DNA from: Paramoeba atlantica
Taxonomy: Eukaryota; Protista; Discosea
Length of the DNA: 64,000 bases
Direction: 5' to 3'
Assembly: GCA_977017575.1 (NCBI GenBank)
Contig: CDRNVI010000049.1
Span: forward strand, 62,001 to 126,000
Numbering within the stretch: position 1 is the first letter of the stretch; each line of letters begins with the position of its first letter. The position numbers were made by a program, and so were the translations under genes. Below, in pieces: positions 10,267 through 21,306 of the stretch. The notes under the pieces are model-generated. The model ran no database searches and was not told the DNA's origin. It saw nothing but the letters and a program-made list of their open reading frames with translations.

Positions 10267-11022
10267 CAGGGGTGGGCGCCTTCAGAGTGGGGGGGGGTCT
10301 AAAATTCGTAAAACTTGACCAATTTTGGAAAGTAATAGCGCATTCGAGAGCTCTCAAGTAGTCTGGTGTAATGGCAACATCCGTTTCCCGTTTTTAGACA
10401 TTCGAGATAAATGACAGAAAAACAAGGAATTTATTTTTCCCCGAAGATGCAATTTTTCAGTTTTTTTTGGCTTTTTTTAGTTTTTTTGCGCCGTTAATGC
10501 CTCAGAAACGTGTACGATCGCGAACATCACGGTTTCCCTTCCAGAGAGATGCTTATTCACCACCTGGGAAGGTAAGGCCGTCGCATCGCATGCTTCTCGT
10601 AGACCATTACTTTCGTTCTGGGTCCTACAATGCTACAGTATTCTCTCTTCTATCGAGAGATAGAAGATCTCCTCTCTTCTATCGAGAGTGCATACGAGGC
10701 ACTTCAAACCGATCTCAAAAGTACTTGCGTGAAGACCATAAAGAGTGTCTCCAAGCGCTTTCAAATCGTTATTGAGAAAAAAGGGGGAAATTGTGGGTAC
10801 TGAGATTTTTTTTTGGAAAAAAAGGACTTTTTCGCTTAAAAAATAAAGTTGCAATTCGTGTTTGGGACCATTCTAGCTTTCTTTGATTCCCGTAAACTTT
10901 CGCAGAGTGCTTTTTACGATTACACCAGACTATTTGAGAGCTCTCGAATGCGCTATTACTTTCCAAAATTGAACAAGTTTTACGAATTTTAGACCCCCCC
11001 ACTCTGAAGGTGCCCACCCATG
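10267..11022. mobile_element. Tc1/mariner-type non-autonomous element (756 bp) nested in the hAT element
   Basis: TIRs of about 110 bp (CAGGGGTGGGCGCCTTCAGAGTGGGGGGGGTCTAAAATTCGTAAAACTTG...ATAGCGCATTCGAGAGCTCTC); TA on both flanks. Confidence 0.88.
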
Positions 11023-11329
11023 TATATTGAAAAACTATATTTTTCACCTAGAGTTTTCGACAATTGAAGAGTGACAGATAACATTTTAAAATATTTTCTT
11101 CTGTGTAATAAAGTATTCCTTAGTGATTTATTGCCTCAAACATAAATTTTGTTTTGTCTATAGAGTTTTGTCTATAGAGCTTCATATCGGCGTTTGACGG
11201 CTCGGCCGTTCAACAGAGGTTTGTTGACTGATCGAGGGTCGTGTAGCACGAACGTTTGGGGTTGGAGGTGAGATCAGGTGGCATATGGGCCATAAAGTAT
11301 TTCAGAAACCAAAGTCCCTGTAGTTATTG

Positions 11330-11700
11330 TCATGTCGCGTACCTATGTATGTCACCAGTATTTTCTCGTGGCGCTACATCTGCCAGCACTATTTCATTCC
11401 CTCAAGAATAATTCGTTGTGTTAATTCGCTTATTATTATGCCAATGCCATAAGAAGAGTTAAAACCCTTATCCAAACTACGGCTCACCACATTATTATCA
11501 GATGCAATAGTAACTAAAGTTGGGTTCAAATCCATCGAGTTGTTTACTTCCAGTTCTAAGGCCAACGCTTCAGCGACGTCGATTCCGTGATTTTCCCATA
11601 TTGCGTATTCTAACTAGTTCATAATATTCGGACGTGCAACGGATATTTGCCAAGCTGCAACCCTTTTTGGCGTGCATCCACAGCAGAGAAGATAGGCTTT
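11330..11700 (-). pseudogene. Degenerate RNase H of a second YR-retrotransposon (VIPER-like) copy
   Basis: Hand translation YLLCCGCTPKRVAAWQ...IDVAEALAL...VTIASDNNGVSRSLDKGFNSS aligns to DLIACDATPFRWAAWT...IESAETYAL...IAVSTDNTVAGRSLERGYSRS of the 14523..16289 ORF. Confidence 0.75.
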
Positions 11701-11913
11701 TGAAAAAAATGTCTGACATAACCCTCTTGACCTTTGATCATTCCCTGCCATAGACCACCTGACGAGCGAAGTACCAGTCCGAAGGCCGAAAATGGTCGCC
11801 TATTTATTTATAGTTTTTGAAGTTTTTGAAGCACTTGTAGCATCAATATAGTACTATATTTTTTTTTTTTGCTATAAATAAAACTTGAAAAGTTTTATTC
11901 GGACCCCTGGTTT

Positions 11914-12695
11914 CTACAGAGTCGTGGTAGAGTTGAATTCGCGATGCTGCCAATGCAAACATTCGGAATTCCAAAGCAGCCCATAAGCTGATTTCACAAA
12001 TCGCCTACTATGTTGATTGTAGTGCATGATTTTATGATGATCCAACCTGCCAAAAAATCTCTCATTTCTGTTTCGGTTTCGGCGGAACTCCAAATCAAAG
12101 TTTTCATCGACAGTAGTGCCCTTTTCCTGACACAGACAATGTCGTACACTATGATAAGCTTTGTCCGCAATCAGAATTTCGTCAACTTTGTGGGTGAAGC
12201 CAGGAACTCCGTGATCTGACAAGCACTCACTATCATGCGTGCGCCCTTCAAAAGGCCCATTCCACGTTAGAGGATATCCATTCAACATGACAAAAACCTG
12301 AAAAGTCCAATATTTCGTAGAGAGCTAGCCATTGTACAGTTCCTTAGGCCCTCTACTGTACATTGGAACCCCGTCTACGATGCAAGTGCACATAAAAAAA
12401 TTGCGCTCCCGCACGCAAAAGCCTCTGTTCATATCAGTATATTACCCACCTTACTGTTCACATTGAGAACAGGGGTTACATAACTCTTGTTTAACCATGT
12501 ACCTGATATGAGATTATCCCCCGAGTAGGGATATAATACAGCAGCGGCCCGTTCCCATGTAAGGTTTAAATGTACTAGCGTCATTGAACAAAAGACCTGA
12601 AGATTCGTGCATGCAATACGTTGGGCGAGTAAAGAAATCACCTCTTCGTCGTACCCAGTAAAGGCATGACACACTTTCCGCCACGATAGTGTCAT
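11914..12695 (-). pseudogene. ISL2EU/PIF-Harbinger (IS5-like, DDE_Tnp_4) transposase remnant; 3' tail probably continues at about 9900-10188 beyond the hAT insertion
   Basis: CIVDGVP..LYNG*..FQVFV..GPFEGRTHD..IADKAY..RNRNERFFGRL, with one in-frame TAG at 12325-12327; upstream helix-turn-helix-like segment 12429..12695. Confidence 0.8.
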
Positions 12696-13641
12696 ATAAA
12701 AGATCGATGAAAAGCTTAAGAACGTAAAAAAAAGTTTAACAAATGCATTGAAAGATTCAAACTAATAAAAAAGGTAATGATTTATACAGAAAGCAAGAAT
12801 AAAACAAACGATTAAAAAGAATGATATCACAAGAATTTAACACGCTTTCCTACATTAACTTAACGCGCTTTGCTTACTTGGGTTCCAATCCAGTAACATC
12901 GTACGCGGTGCAGGTTACGTGGTGAGCGATCCGACGTTCACTCTCCAAATGCCTACTTTGAACATCCTCGCGACAAACCACAAAACTTTGCGACTTTCCT
13001 TCTAAAGCAGAAACCCTTTTTAGTAAATCTTGGCTTTTTTCCAAAGCACTAATCTTTTCTTTGAAGTTTTCCACAGTTTCACGCAACACAGCTACATCTT
13101 CAAGCGCCTTGGAGCTATCAGATTGTGTAACAGACGCCACGCGCTTGAGTTCGCCACTGCGTTGACGAAAACGTTTAGATGCTTCAACTGACCCGCCACG
13201 CCGTCCTGAACCACTCTATCATGACTTCTCTTCCATGAGTAGAGTTTTCGTAGAGCCCCCCATAATACTTCTTGAGAAAGGCACCCATTGCACTTGCCAA
13301 AATTTCTGCAGGTAGCTCAGAAAACGATGACCTCTAGAGCCAGAAAACGATGACCTCTAGCGGGTCACTCCAACACTCATGACACATAAATGCGAGTGGA
13401 ACACTGACAATACTGAGAATCCGCAGGACTGAGAATCGCGAACTGAGAACCTGTGTCTCCCCTTCCGCAGGGTTGTCCAGAGGCAAGGCCCAACTCGCGC
13501 GACCCCCGCAAAATAGGGGGGGGTAGTTGTGGGGTACTGTAGAAGCCCACTTCTGGAGGCAAAAGCCCCCGTTTGCGAAGCAAAGCCCAACTGTGAGCGT
13601 AACCCAGGGACAGAATTATATTTTTTGGCGACCTTTTTTTA

Positions 13642-13710
13642 GGTAACTTATACAATTTGTGGTAACTTATACAGTTTATGGTAACTTATACAATTTATGG
13701 TAACTTTCCC
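13642..13710. repeat. 19-bp minisatellite GGTAACTTATACAATTTGT, about 3.5 copies
   Basis: Direct reading of tandem units. Confidence 0.9.
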
Positions 13711-14522
13711 CCTTTTTCCTTAGTTAATCCTTTCGTTCCCCGGCAACGGGCATACTCAAACTGTATTTTTATGCCCGTTGCCGGGCGGCACTAAGGTCGG
13801 AACTGTCCCTCTTGTCGCTGAAGCAGGGGACGCGCCTTCACCCCTTCACCCCTCCCCGACTCACTCCCCTGGAGTGAGTGTGCTTCCCTCTCTCGGCTTT
13901 CTTAGACATGTTTTTTCTTCTCCGAGAGGGCCATGCGTCACGGTGACCTCCCTTGAGGACCACTAGACGTGTCCTCCGCCGACGAGACTCTCGGCTCTCT
14001 GCATCTGGCGGTCGCCCAGCTCTCCGCACCTCGGCTCTGTCGCAGCTATCTGCACCCGGATTGCCCCCGAAACTGTAATGTAAAGGTTTTCTGTCCTTGG
14101 GCGGAAAACTATATTTCACACACAAGCGCAGAGGGCTGATCTCATAATACAAGATCGTGTATGATTATATGGTGACAGATTAGTAATGCTATGATATACA
14201 TGTAAGGTAGCGTGAGTACATACAGAATGAAAGTATGGTTGTTTTGGGGTTGGTGTGGAGGAGATCAAAAAAAGTGCAGGGGTGTCCTGGACCTCCTCCG
14301 GCGGGCATTACCGCCAGCAGGGTACCTGGAGTGAGCCGCACAGTACGGACGCATAGTTCCGCACCATTGGTTATTCACTTGGTAATTCCTACTGCATTAT
14401 CCCCTGTCTCAAACCTGTATCACATTATTCTCTACTCTCGTACAGGACGGACAAAGTTCACTATTTGATGCGCTCAGTATGTGCCTCTAAATGTACTCAG
14501 CAAATACATGTATGAGTTTTCT

Positions 14523-16289
14523 CTAACTGTGTTCAAGGTCACACCTGCTTAGATACGTCCTACCATATCTAAGATAGTCATGAATAGCAGCATCTAATGC
14601 TTTAACCGTTGAATCCATTCGAGAGGATTCATCCAAAAAGTGATATTCTTTATGCGGCCTAGTTCCGACGTCAGCAATGTTGTCGGTAGTGCGTAAAACA
14701 GCAACTGTGAGGGAAGCGTTACAGTCCTCCAAGCTTTGACATATACTACGAACAATATTGTCTACTTCTTCTGATCTTGAATAGCCGCGTTCCAGAGAAC
14801 GACCTGCTACTGTATTGTCCGTCGAAACTGCTATAGCTTTTGACTTTCTGCGGAGCGCCGCTTCAATTACTTTGTGAAGCGCGTAAGTTTCGGCACTCTC
14901 AATCCGAATTTCTTTCGCAAAACTACCCTCCAGTTTTTCTTGAACTACACCTTCCCTTGTTAAGGTCCATGCCGCCCATCGAAAAGGCGTCGCATCGCAA
15001 GCAATTAAATCAAAGTCATTCGTTGTGAACGAGTTGAACGAACCCGCGTAGGACCATACCCTTTTAAAAGATAGAATCAAGTCTACAAGATTCCCGAGCA
15101 ATACAATAATGCGAGCATCCTCTCGGTCCCAATTTGGATCGTTTTTTCCCAAAACACTTTGCAATTTTGTGTATCTTCCTAAAGTTCTCTTAGGAAGACG
15201 AAACAAAGGGAGAGCAAAGCGTACGAATCCAAGAAAACTAAAATATGTACGTGGGGTTGGGCGACCTGGAAACCTAGCAGCCGCCTGCCATTTTTCAACC
15301 GATGAATTCTCTATAGACCAAGACAGTCCCACGGAGGATTGCTGGATAGATATGCCGCAAAAATTGAACACAGAACAAGTCGATTCTGACTTAAGATATT
15401 TTAGATGCATTTTTGCACGAGATATAAAATTGCCCTTCAATACTAGTTCCCAACGTTTCTGGCAAGAGGCAGAGACGTGCATACAAACTGAATCGTATAC
15501 TACTATAATGTAGCCTCCATCTTCCAAGCGTAAAACGCTTGATGCTTCCTTCCATGATAGGACTTCTTCCGGTACATGAAGCTCAACTCGCTCGGCATGT
15601 GTAAGATTGAGTAACACTCCCCAGACAAGCGTCTGGCATATGCCGCACGCTTTAGAATAACCCATTGGCAGAACACAGGCCTGTAGAACAATATTTCCCA
15701 GGCGAACACAGCAACGTCGCCGTAAGGCTATTCCAATTGGAATTTGATAGTATGCGTTTCTTATGTCAAAATGTATTGCCCTGAGACGACAAAGAGAAGT
15801 ATCGGTTGGGTTCAAAACTTGAAGCATATCTTCGATATTCAATAATGAAAATGCTATCGTGGAGTTGCTCGACATGCTGTTTAATTCGCGGAGATCAAAA
15901 ATAGCTCGTGCCAAGGTTTCTGTTTTATTTACTCCGAAATAACGACTCAATATCGGTCTTCGGGACCCAGCCACGTGGACGTAGGGCTCCAAAACACCTA
16001 CGTCCCAAAGGTATTTTAGATGAGCTGCCCACTTTGTGTTGGCGGGACACGAACTACACAGATCTTCAAATCTAGCTTCCGAAACAGGATCTTCCTGGAG
16101 TAGTTGCAGGGCTTGACAAACGATGACTGTTCCGGTTGACTTGTCCTCAGATGTCTTAAGGATAGCCCCCTTCACATTAACTAATTTATCTAAAGGTGTA
16201 GAAGGATTAGTAATGCTCCCTCGATACGATGCTCTCTGTCCGATGTCATGACTATTTCCCGACAGAAGAGGTTCACTCGGGATGTACAT
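14523..16289 (-). CDS. Reverse transcriptase-RNase H (588 aa, uninterrupted) of the YR retrotransposon
   Basis: HFDIRNAYYQIPI, VLPMGYSKACGICQ, IIVVYDSV (RT); ACDATP, AETYAL, STDNTV, DNIADVGTR (RNase H D-E-D-D). Confidence 0.88.
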   Translation of the reverse strand: MYIPSEPLLSGNSHDIGQRASYRGSITNPSTPLDKLVNVKGAILKTSEDKSTGTVIVCQALQLLQEDPVSEARFEDLCSSCPANTKWAAHLKYLWDVGVLEPYVHVAGSRRPILSRYFGVNKTETLARAIFDLRELNSMSSNSTIAFSLLNIEDMLQVLNPTDTSLCRLRAIHFDIRNAYYQIPIGIALRRRCCVRLGNIVLQACVLPMGYSKACGICQTLVWGVLLNLTHAERVELHVPEEVLSWKEASSVLRLEDGGYIIVVYDSVCMHVSASCQKRWELVLKGNFISRAKMHLKYLKSESTCSVFNFCGISIQQSSVGLSWSIENSSVEKWQAAARFPGRPTPRTYFSFLGFVRFALPLFRLPKRTLGRYTKLQSVLGKNDPNWDREDARIIVLLGNLVDLILSFKRVWSYAGSFNSFTTNDFDLIACDATPFRWAAWTLTREGVVQEKLEGSFAKEIRIESAETYALHKVIEAALRRKSKAIAVSTDNTVAGRSLERGYSRSEEVDNIVRSICQSLEDCNASLTVAVLRTTDNIADVGTRPHKEYHFLDESSRMDSTVKALDAAIHDYLRYGRTYLSRCDLEHS

Positions 16290-16559
16290 GCCGGACTATA
16301 TCCTATCAATAAGATGTACAAGAGTAGTAGTACTGGTTTCATTTAGTGTACAAGACCATTGGAACGTCCATAACATCAAACCCTTTGACGAACGTTAAGC
16401 CGTTCGTATAGAATTCCGCTAATATAGTAGTATCATTAAGTCCCTAATATCGTAAACATACACTTGTAAACAGCAAACATACACTTGTATACTTTGTATT
16501 ATTAATAGTTTTAGTTATTGAAATGTAGGTTTTTAAATAATTCGTGTTCCAATAATTAA

Positions 16560-17494
16560 TGTTCCAATACTTTACTCTTCTGCTTATGAGTTCGTTTGTC
16601 TAGCCCTCGGGTGTAGTGTTGGAGAGATGATCGTGGTATCACAAAGGGCAGCGGGAAACGTGTCTGTAGCTTTCCGTTTCCGGGCTGTGTGTCCCGTGTG
16701 ACGGAGACAATGCGTGGAGAAGACAAGCCCACTCGGCCATCTAAATCTTTCTTCCGCTAATTTTAGTAGCATTGATAGGTGGGTGGATATGCAACGCGAA
16801 AAAAGAAAATCGTTCGATGTTGGCCGTTGCCGCAATAAGCACATACCAGCCTCGGAACACTCGATCCATCCACCCGACGATGCCGTTTTTAGACGAGATA
16901 TGTGAATCGAAGTTTTACCTAGGTCAATCAATTTTAGATAACGAAGGTCACCTGGTCGAATGGGTGCTTCCAAAAATAATTGGGTGGCATCACGGAGCAT
17001 GTTTCGAAACTTTTTATCGTGAACAATTCCTTATTTGTGCACCATGAACAATTTCGACCGATATCTGACTCATTTTTTATCAGACTCATAAAGTCTAATG
17101 TCATTTGTGGCGTTAAAACACCTCGAACCTCATGCTTTCCTTCGCGGCCCGCCCCGATAACCATTTTTCTCATCTCACTTGTGAACAGCCAAGGACTTTG
17201 TACTGAATTGCAGCGTATGGCAAACGCCAGCGCGTTCCAGATCCCGGCCGGAGAACAGAGACCTTGTGCTTTCCAACTTACTAAAAGAGACAAGAATTCC
17301 TTTTCGGAGCAGGTTTCCACAGGCACACTTCTGGTCTTCCTGATGTTCGCTAGAAACGCACAAAGAAGCTTCAAATTTCTTTCATAAGTTTTTAGTGAGG
17401 ACGTTTTTACTGACGCTTTCATTAAGATGTTACGTGCTTTCTTAGTATGGACGATGGAGGCACCTGAGGCTGAGAATGTCTTAGGCTGTGTCAT
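16560..17494 (-). pseudogene. Tyrosine recombinase with two frameshifts
   Basis: N-terminal SSLKTYERNL domain, then IRPGD (R), RLKT (K), HCLRH (HxxR). SSLQHYTR (catalytic Y) lies in a shifted frame near 16590-16620. The first shift is in an A-run near 17010. Confidence 0.82.
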
Positions 17495-18010
17495 GAGTTC
17501 TGTAAGAGCAATGCAATATTTTTTCTAGGATACAGAACGAAGCGTTTTTATTTTTTTCAAGCCCAAATCAAAACAAATATAAGACAGTAGTCTTGTCCAA
17601 GCCTCTCCCGTATATTCAGGCCTGCCCCGCAAGTTTTGATACAAAAGTACTTTATTATGCTGCGAATTGTTAACATCGTAAGAAACTACATACCTCAGGC
17701 TCGTACAACTTGATACGTTTAGTCATTAGTGTTTTGTAACAGAATCCTTCAAAAGAACCAACAATGCATTCTTCACTGGTTAATGTTATTCTTGTTGAAA
17801 AGTCCCCCGTGGCAATATAATTATAGCTTTTTTAATTTGTTAAGGTTTTGCAGTTTCCACTAGGGTTTAAGTATTTCTACGCCAGCTAATTATTTTCGTA
17901 GTGCGAAAAAGGAAATTAATTGGTTTATTATAATTTCATTTCGTTGAAGAACAGAGGCGACATCATGGTAATTCGTTTTTGTGGACTTCAGGCTGCGCAA
18001 AAAACGTTGT

Positions 18011-18850
18011 CTACTTCACTTCTTTTCTATTCCCTCCTTTACATACATTGCATGCTTCCTTCACATATGCATCCTTCACGTATGCATCCTCCCGCCTCAG
18101 CTTGTGCGAGGAGCCTTCTTGAGTGGGACAGTTTCCACTTCGATGACCTATTCCACCACAGCTGAAACATCGGATCACACGATGCCGTCCATCTTCTCGA
18201 AATACATGCGATCCTCCACGTCGAGCATATGGAAAGCGAGGACGGTAAGACACGCGTTGCGGTCCCATTGTAGATTGTCCCATTGGCTGAAAAGGACGAT
18301 CATCGAGACACGCGTCCGCGCCCTTCAAAGTGAATGAAGCTGCACCCCAACCATGTACCACTTGCACAAATTTCTCACGATCTCCACACTCTAGGAGACC
18401 CCGATGACAAAGTACTGAGAGTCCTATAGGAGACAAAAGTCCTCCACGGAAGCCTTTATCAGTAGCTAGTTCACACTGAACTGTTTCGTCTCCGATCAAT
18501 GCTTGATACAAACTATCACAGCATACGTAGTCGTTCGTCTGCTGCTGACGACGACGCAAAGACACAAGAGAAAACAAGTCTGCCAAGATTGAGAAAAACG
18601 AGAGACGGTCTGACGCTGGAGCAACCTTCCAGTTTCTACCACCGCATGGGTTAGCCTCCAGTTCCACAATCGTCTTTGAAAAGACTCCTTCGGCAGCGAT
18701 TCGGGAACGCAAGAAAACCACTTGGCGTAACCCGCCGGTAAGTTCGCCAACCCCAATCGGGAAACTGCGCAGGTGCCGAAGTTTCTCAAGGAATGGTGGT
18801 GATACTTTGGGGGCCAGGGAGGGCATTCGATGAAAATTCATCGAACGCAC
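18011..18850 (-). pseudogene. Gag-like ORF with a CCHC zinc knuckle (5' part probably degenerate)
   Basis: CFSCGGIGHRSGNCP fits CX2CX4HX4C; lies upstream of the YR on the same strand. Confidence 0.7.
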
Positions 18851-18924
18851 GGTGCGTTCGGGTTTAGCGTCGTGATACGCCTACCCATGGCTTCATCATT
18901 CCCCATCTTGCCAGTACGCGATCC

Positions 18925-19278
18925 GTGGTAGTCAGCGATTGTTGGGGGGCTTACAATGGTTTAGACCAAGTTTGTCGTCACTACACCGTGAATCATAGTA
19001 AGAAGTTTGTGAACGAGAAGGGATATCATACTAATGGTGCTGAGAGTGTCCACAACACCATTAAGTATTGGGTAAGACTCCAACACTATAATTTTGGGGC
19101 AACAACGTTGGAGTTGCAGCGAAACGTCGCGCTCCAGTGTGTAAATTATGGGGATACCCATAATGGCCGCGAGCAGTCTTGGCAGAGTCGCTTTGTTCGT
19201 GTAGCCCCACTTTGCGTCATGTACATAGTGGTGAGTTGTTTAAAGCGTCTATATTGCGAAAACATAATCGATACATGA
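18925..19278 (+). pseudogene. Merlin (IS1595/IS1016-like) transposase fragment
   Basis: VVSDCWGAYNGL...HYTVNHSKKFVNEKGYHTNGAESVHNTIK. Confidence 0.85.
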
Positions 19279-19279
19279 A

Positions 19280-20000
19280 AACAGGTATGTTCAAAGAAAA
19301 TCAGTTTTTGTGTATACCAGCTTCGAATTTTGGTTTATTGCATGAGAATACGAAAAATTTAGTTGAAATACTTGCGGATCGGGCAAAGCTAGATAAAAAG
19401 ACAACATTAAATCAATTTTAGTTGCTTATTGAAAAACTGACATGACATGCTGTGACGAAAAAAAATTCACTTGCCAGCTTGGACAGGAAAGCCGCTCGTA
19501 CATTTGCAGAGCAAGTGACCCCCCGAAACCACCTCTAAAAGCTTCGCAAAAGTGGTTTGGGGGGGATGGAGTGAACGTTTGGATGGGTATAAGCTATATT
19601 TATGGAATTTTTTTATCATGTTTTTCCAAACAGGGACAGTAATGGGAAAATTACCATCACTTCAGATGTTTTTAAATGCGCGATGACAAAAAGAGGGGGT
19701 TTTTTAAGTTTCTTAAAGCGTCATAGCGGGGCCCGGGTTGCCATGGATAATGCTCCTTGCCACAATGGCAGTTTTAGAACCTTTAAAGAAAACGAAGTCG
19801 TTGTTTTGGACTTTCCCCCAAAATCCCCAGATCTTAACCCCATTGAAAACATTTGGGAAATTATGGATGCCTTTATTGAAAGAGCGGTTGATTACATTAA
19901 AACAGATGGTCATGACATGCTCATTAACACTTTAAACAGCATGCCGCGGCGTTTCGACATAGTAGTAGAAAAAAACGAGAAAGTTGTAATTATTAGTCGT
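19280..20000 (+). pseudogene. IS630-Tc1-mariner transposase remnant (frameshifted)
   Basis: CCDEKKF, GDGVNVWMGIS, AMDNAPCH, FPPKSPDLNPIENIW, LNSMPRRF; 32 residues between D2 and E as read. Confidence 0.85.
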
Positions 20001-20700
20001 CTAAATGCTTTTTATAATATGATGCTTTTTATAATATTTGTTCATACGCAGTCTTTTTTTTGTGTATTACTTATTTTGCTGGGACTCAGGGCTCAACCTG
20101 ACTGGCTAAAAAAAAAGAAAAAGAAAGAATGGATTGGGCATGAATTGCTTCTTTTTACTATTATAGTTATCAAAATCATAAATAACTTAAGGCAGGTTGA
20201 ATTACTAGTTTTGGGCTACAACATGTGAAATTGCTAATTTGATTGCTTGTTTACAAATCATATGCCCCCCCCCAATGGACCTACTTGGTTCGTCTACTGG
20301 GTAAAAAAAAAAGAAGGGTCTTAACAAAAAAAAAAGATATTTTATTTATAAAAGGATTTTCTATAGACGCAAATAAGCAAAATTTCCTGTTGGAGTTTTT
20401 TGAATCACACTTATTCTGAAATATTTAAGAAACTACGACATTAATTTCCCGCCATCTCAATGCTGGAAAGTCAGCCCTCAAAAAAAATAAAAAAAAATTG
20501 TTTTGGGCGCAAGAATACCATGCAAGCAAGGTTTAATCCTTCAAGACATAAAGATGCTGTTTCTGTACGTGTCCTCAGGATCCCTATTAGTGCGCGCAAG
20601 GGCTATAACCTTTTCCAACGGTAATTCAGTCTCGCTTACAATAAAAAACCAAGCTCCGTTCGTCGAGCACTTTTTTTAACTTTAAAAATATTGCGTTTTC

Positions 20701-20833
20701 ATTCATCGAACAGGACATCCTGTTCGATGAATGATTCATCGAACGGGTCGTACTGCAATCCATTCATCGAACAGGACATCCTGTTCGATGAATATTCATC
20801 GAACGGACAGTGTGTTCGATGAATATTCATCGA
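20701..20833. repeat. Array of palindromes built from ATTCATCGAAC
   Basis: Two identical 32-bp near-perfect palindromes ATTCATCGAACAGGA-CA-TCCTGTTCGATGAAT, one variant, and half-sites. Confidence 0.9.
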
Positions 20834-21200
20834 GTGCCCCCCGTCCTCCTTTGGGGAGTTTCCCAAAGTTGGGAAACTCAAGAGTTCCAATGTCATTGCG
20901 TGCCTGTTGCAAAAGACGGCGGCATACAATACCAAGAGGTTTCTCATGTTTATCGCGCATTTTTTCCCTTTTCTCATTTTCTACCTTTTTCTCTTCACGG
21001 CAATCTTCAGGGACCTCCGATTCAGTGGATGATGATACTGAAGACCAGGAGGGATATCGCGAGCCTCTTCACGTTTTGCGCATGAGTAGAGGAGAAGGAG
21101 GGAACATGTTCCGACTCATATCTCCAGCTGGTGACGACGGAGGACTGCGCACACCCTTTCCTTTTGAATTCGAGTCCTTCGGCCTTTGAGTTTTGGCTGC

Positions 21201-21306
21201 CTCGGGGAACACGCCCCGGCATCCACTCCTCGGGGAATACACGCCCCGGCATCTACTCCTCAGGGAACACGCCCCGGCATCTACTCCTCGGGGAAACATA
21301 CCCCGA
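21201..21306. repeat. 28-30 bp tandem repeat with an internal CGGGG/CCCCG stem, about 3.7 copies
   Basis: Unit CTCGGGGAACACGCCCCGGCATCTACTC. Confidence 0.9.

Larger units (their letters stand above)
10197..11909. mobile_element. Non-autonomous hAT-type element with a perfect 8-bp TSD
   Basis: TIR CAGGGGTCCGA / TCGGACCCCTG; TSD GTTTCTAC at 10189-10196 and 11910-11917. Confidence 0.9.
14200..18920 (-). mobile_element. Tyrosine-recombinase retrotransposon with gag-YR-RT/RNaseH order (VIPER-like); ends approximate
   Basis: Three co-oriented coding blocks: CCHC knuckle, YR with R-K-HxxR-Y, then RT plus RNase H. Confidence 0.85.

Noticed and set aside
548-12327. In-frame TAG codons in three TE remnants suggesting stop-codon reassignment
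   Set aside because: Intact genes (CK1, ECI, MPV17-like, RTF1-like) terminate at TAG, and others at TAA or TGA; the TE stops are ordinary decay.
14090-14520. Split direct repeats or LTR-like ends for the YR retrotransposon
   Set aside because: No convincing repeat with the 5' region was found; the 5' end appears truncated by the Merlin fragment at 18925.
21201-21306. CRISPR-like appearance of the 28-30 bp hairpin repeats
   Set aside because: The units are directly adjacent with no unique spacers, no cas genes are present, and the context is eukaryotic.
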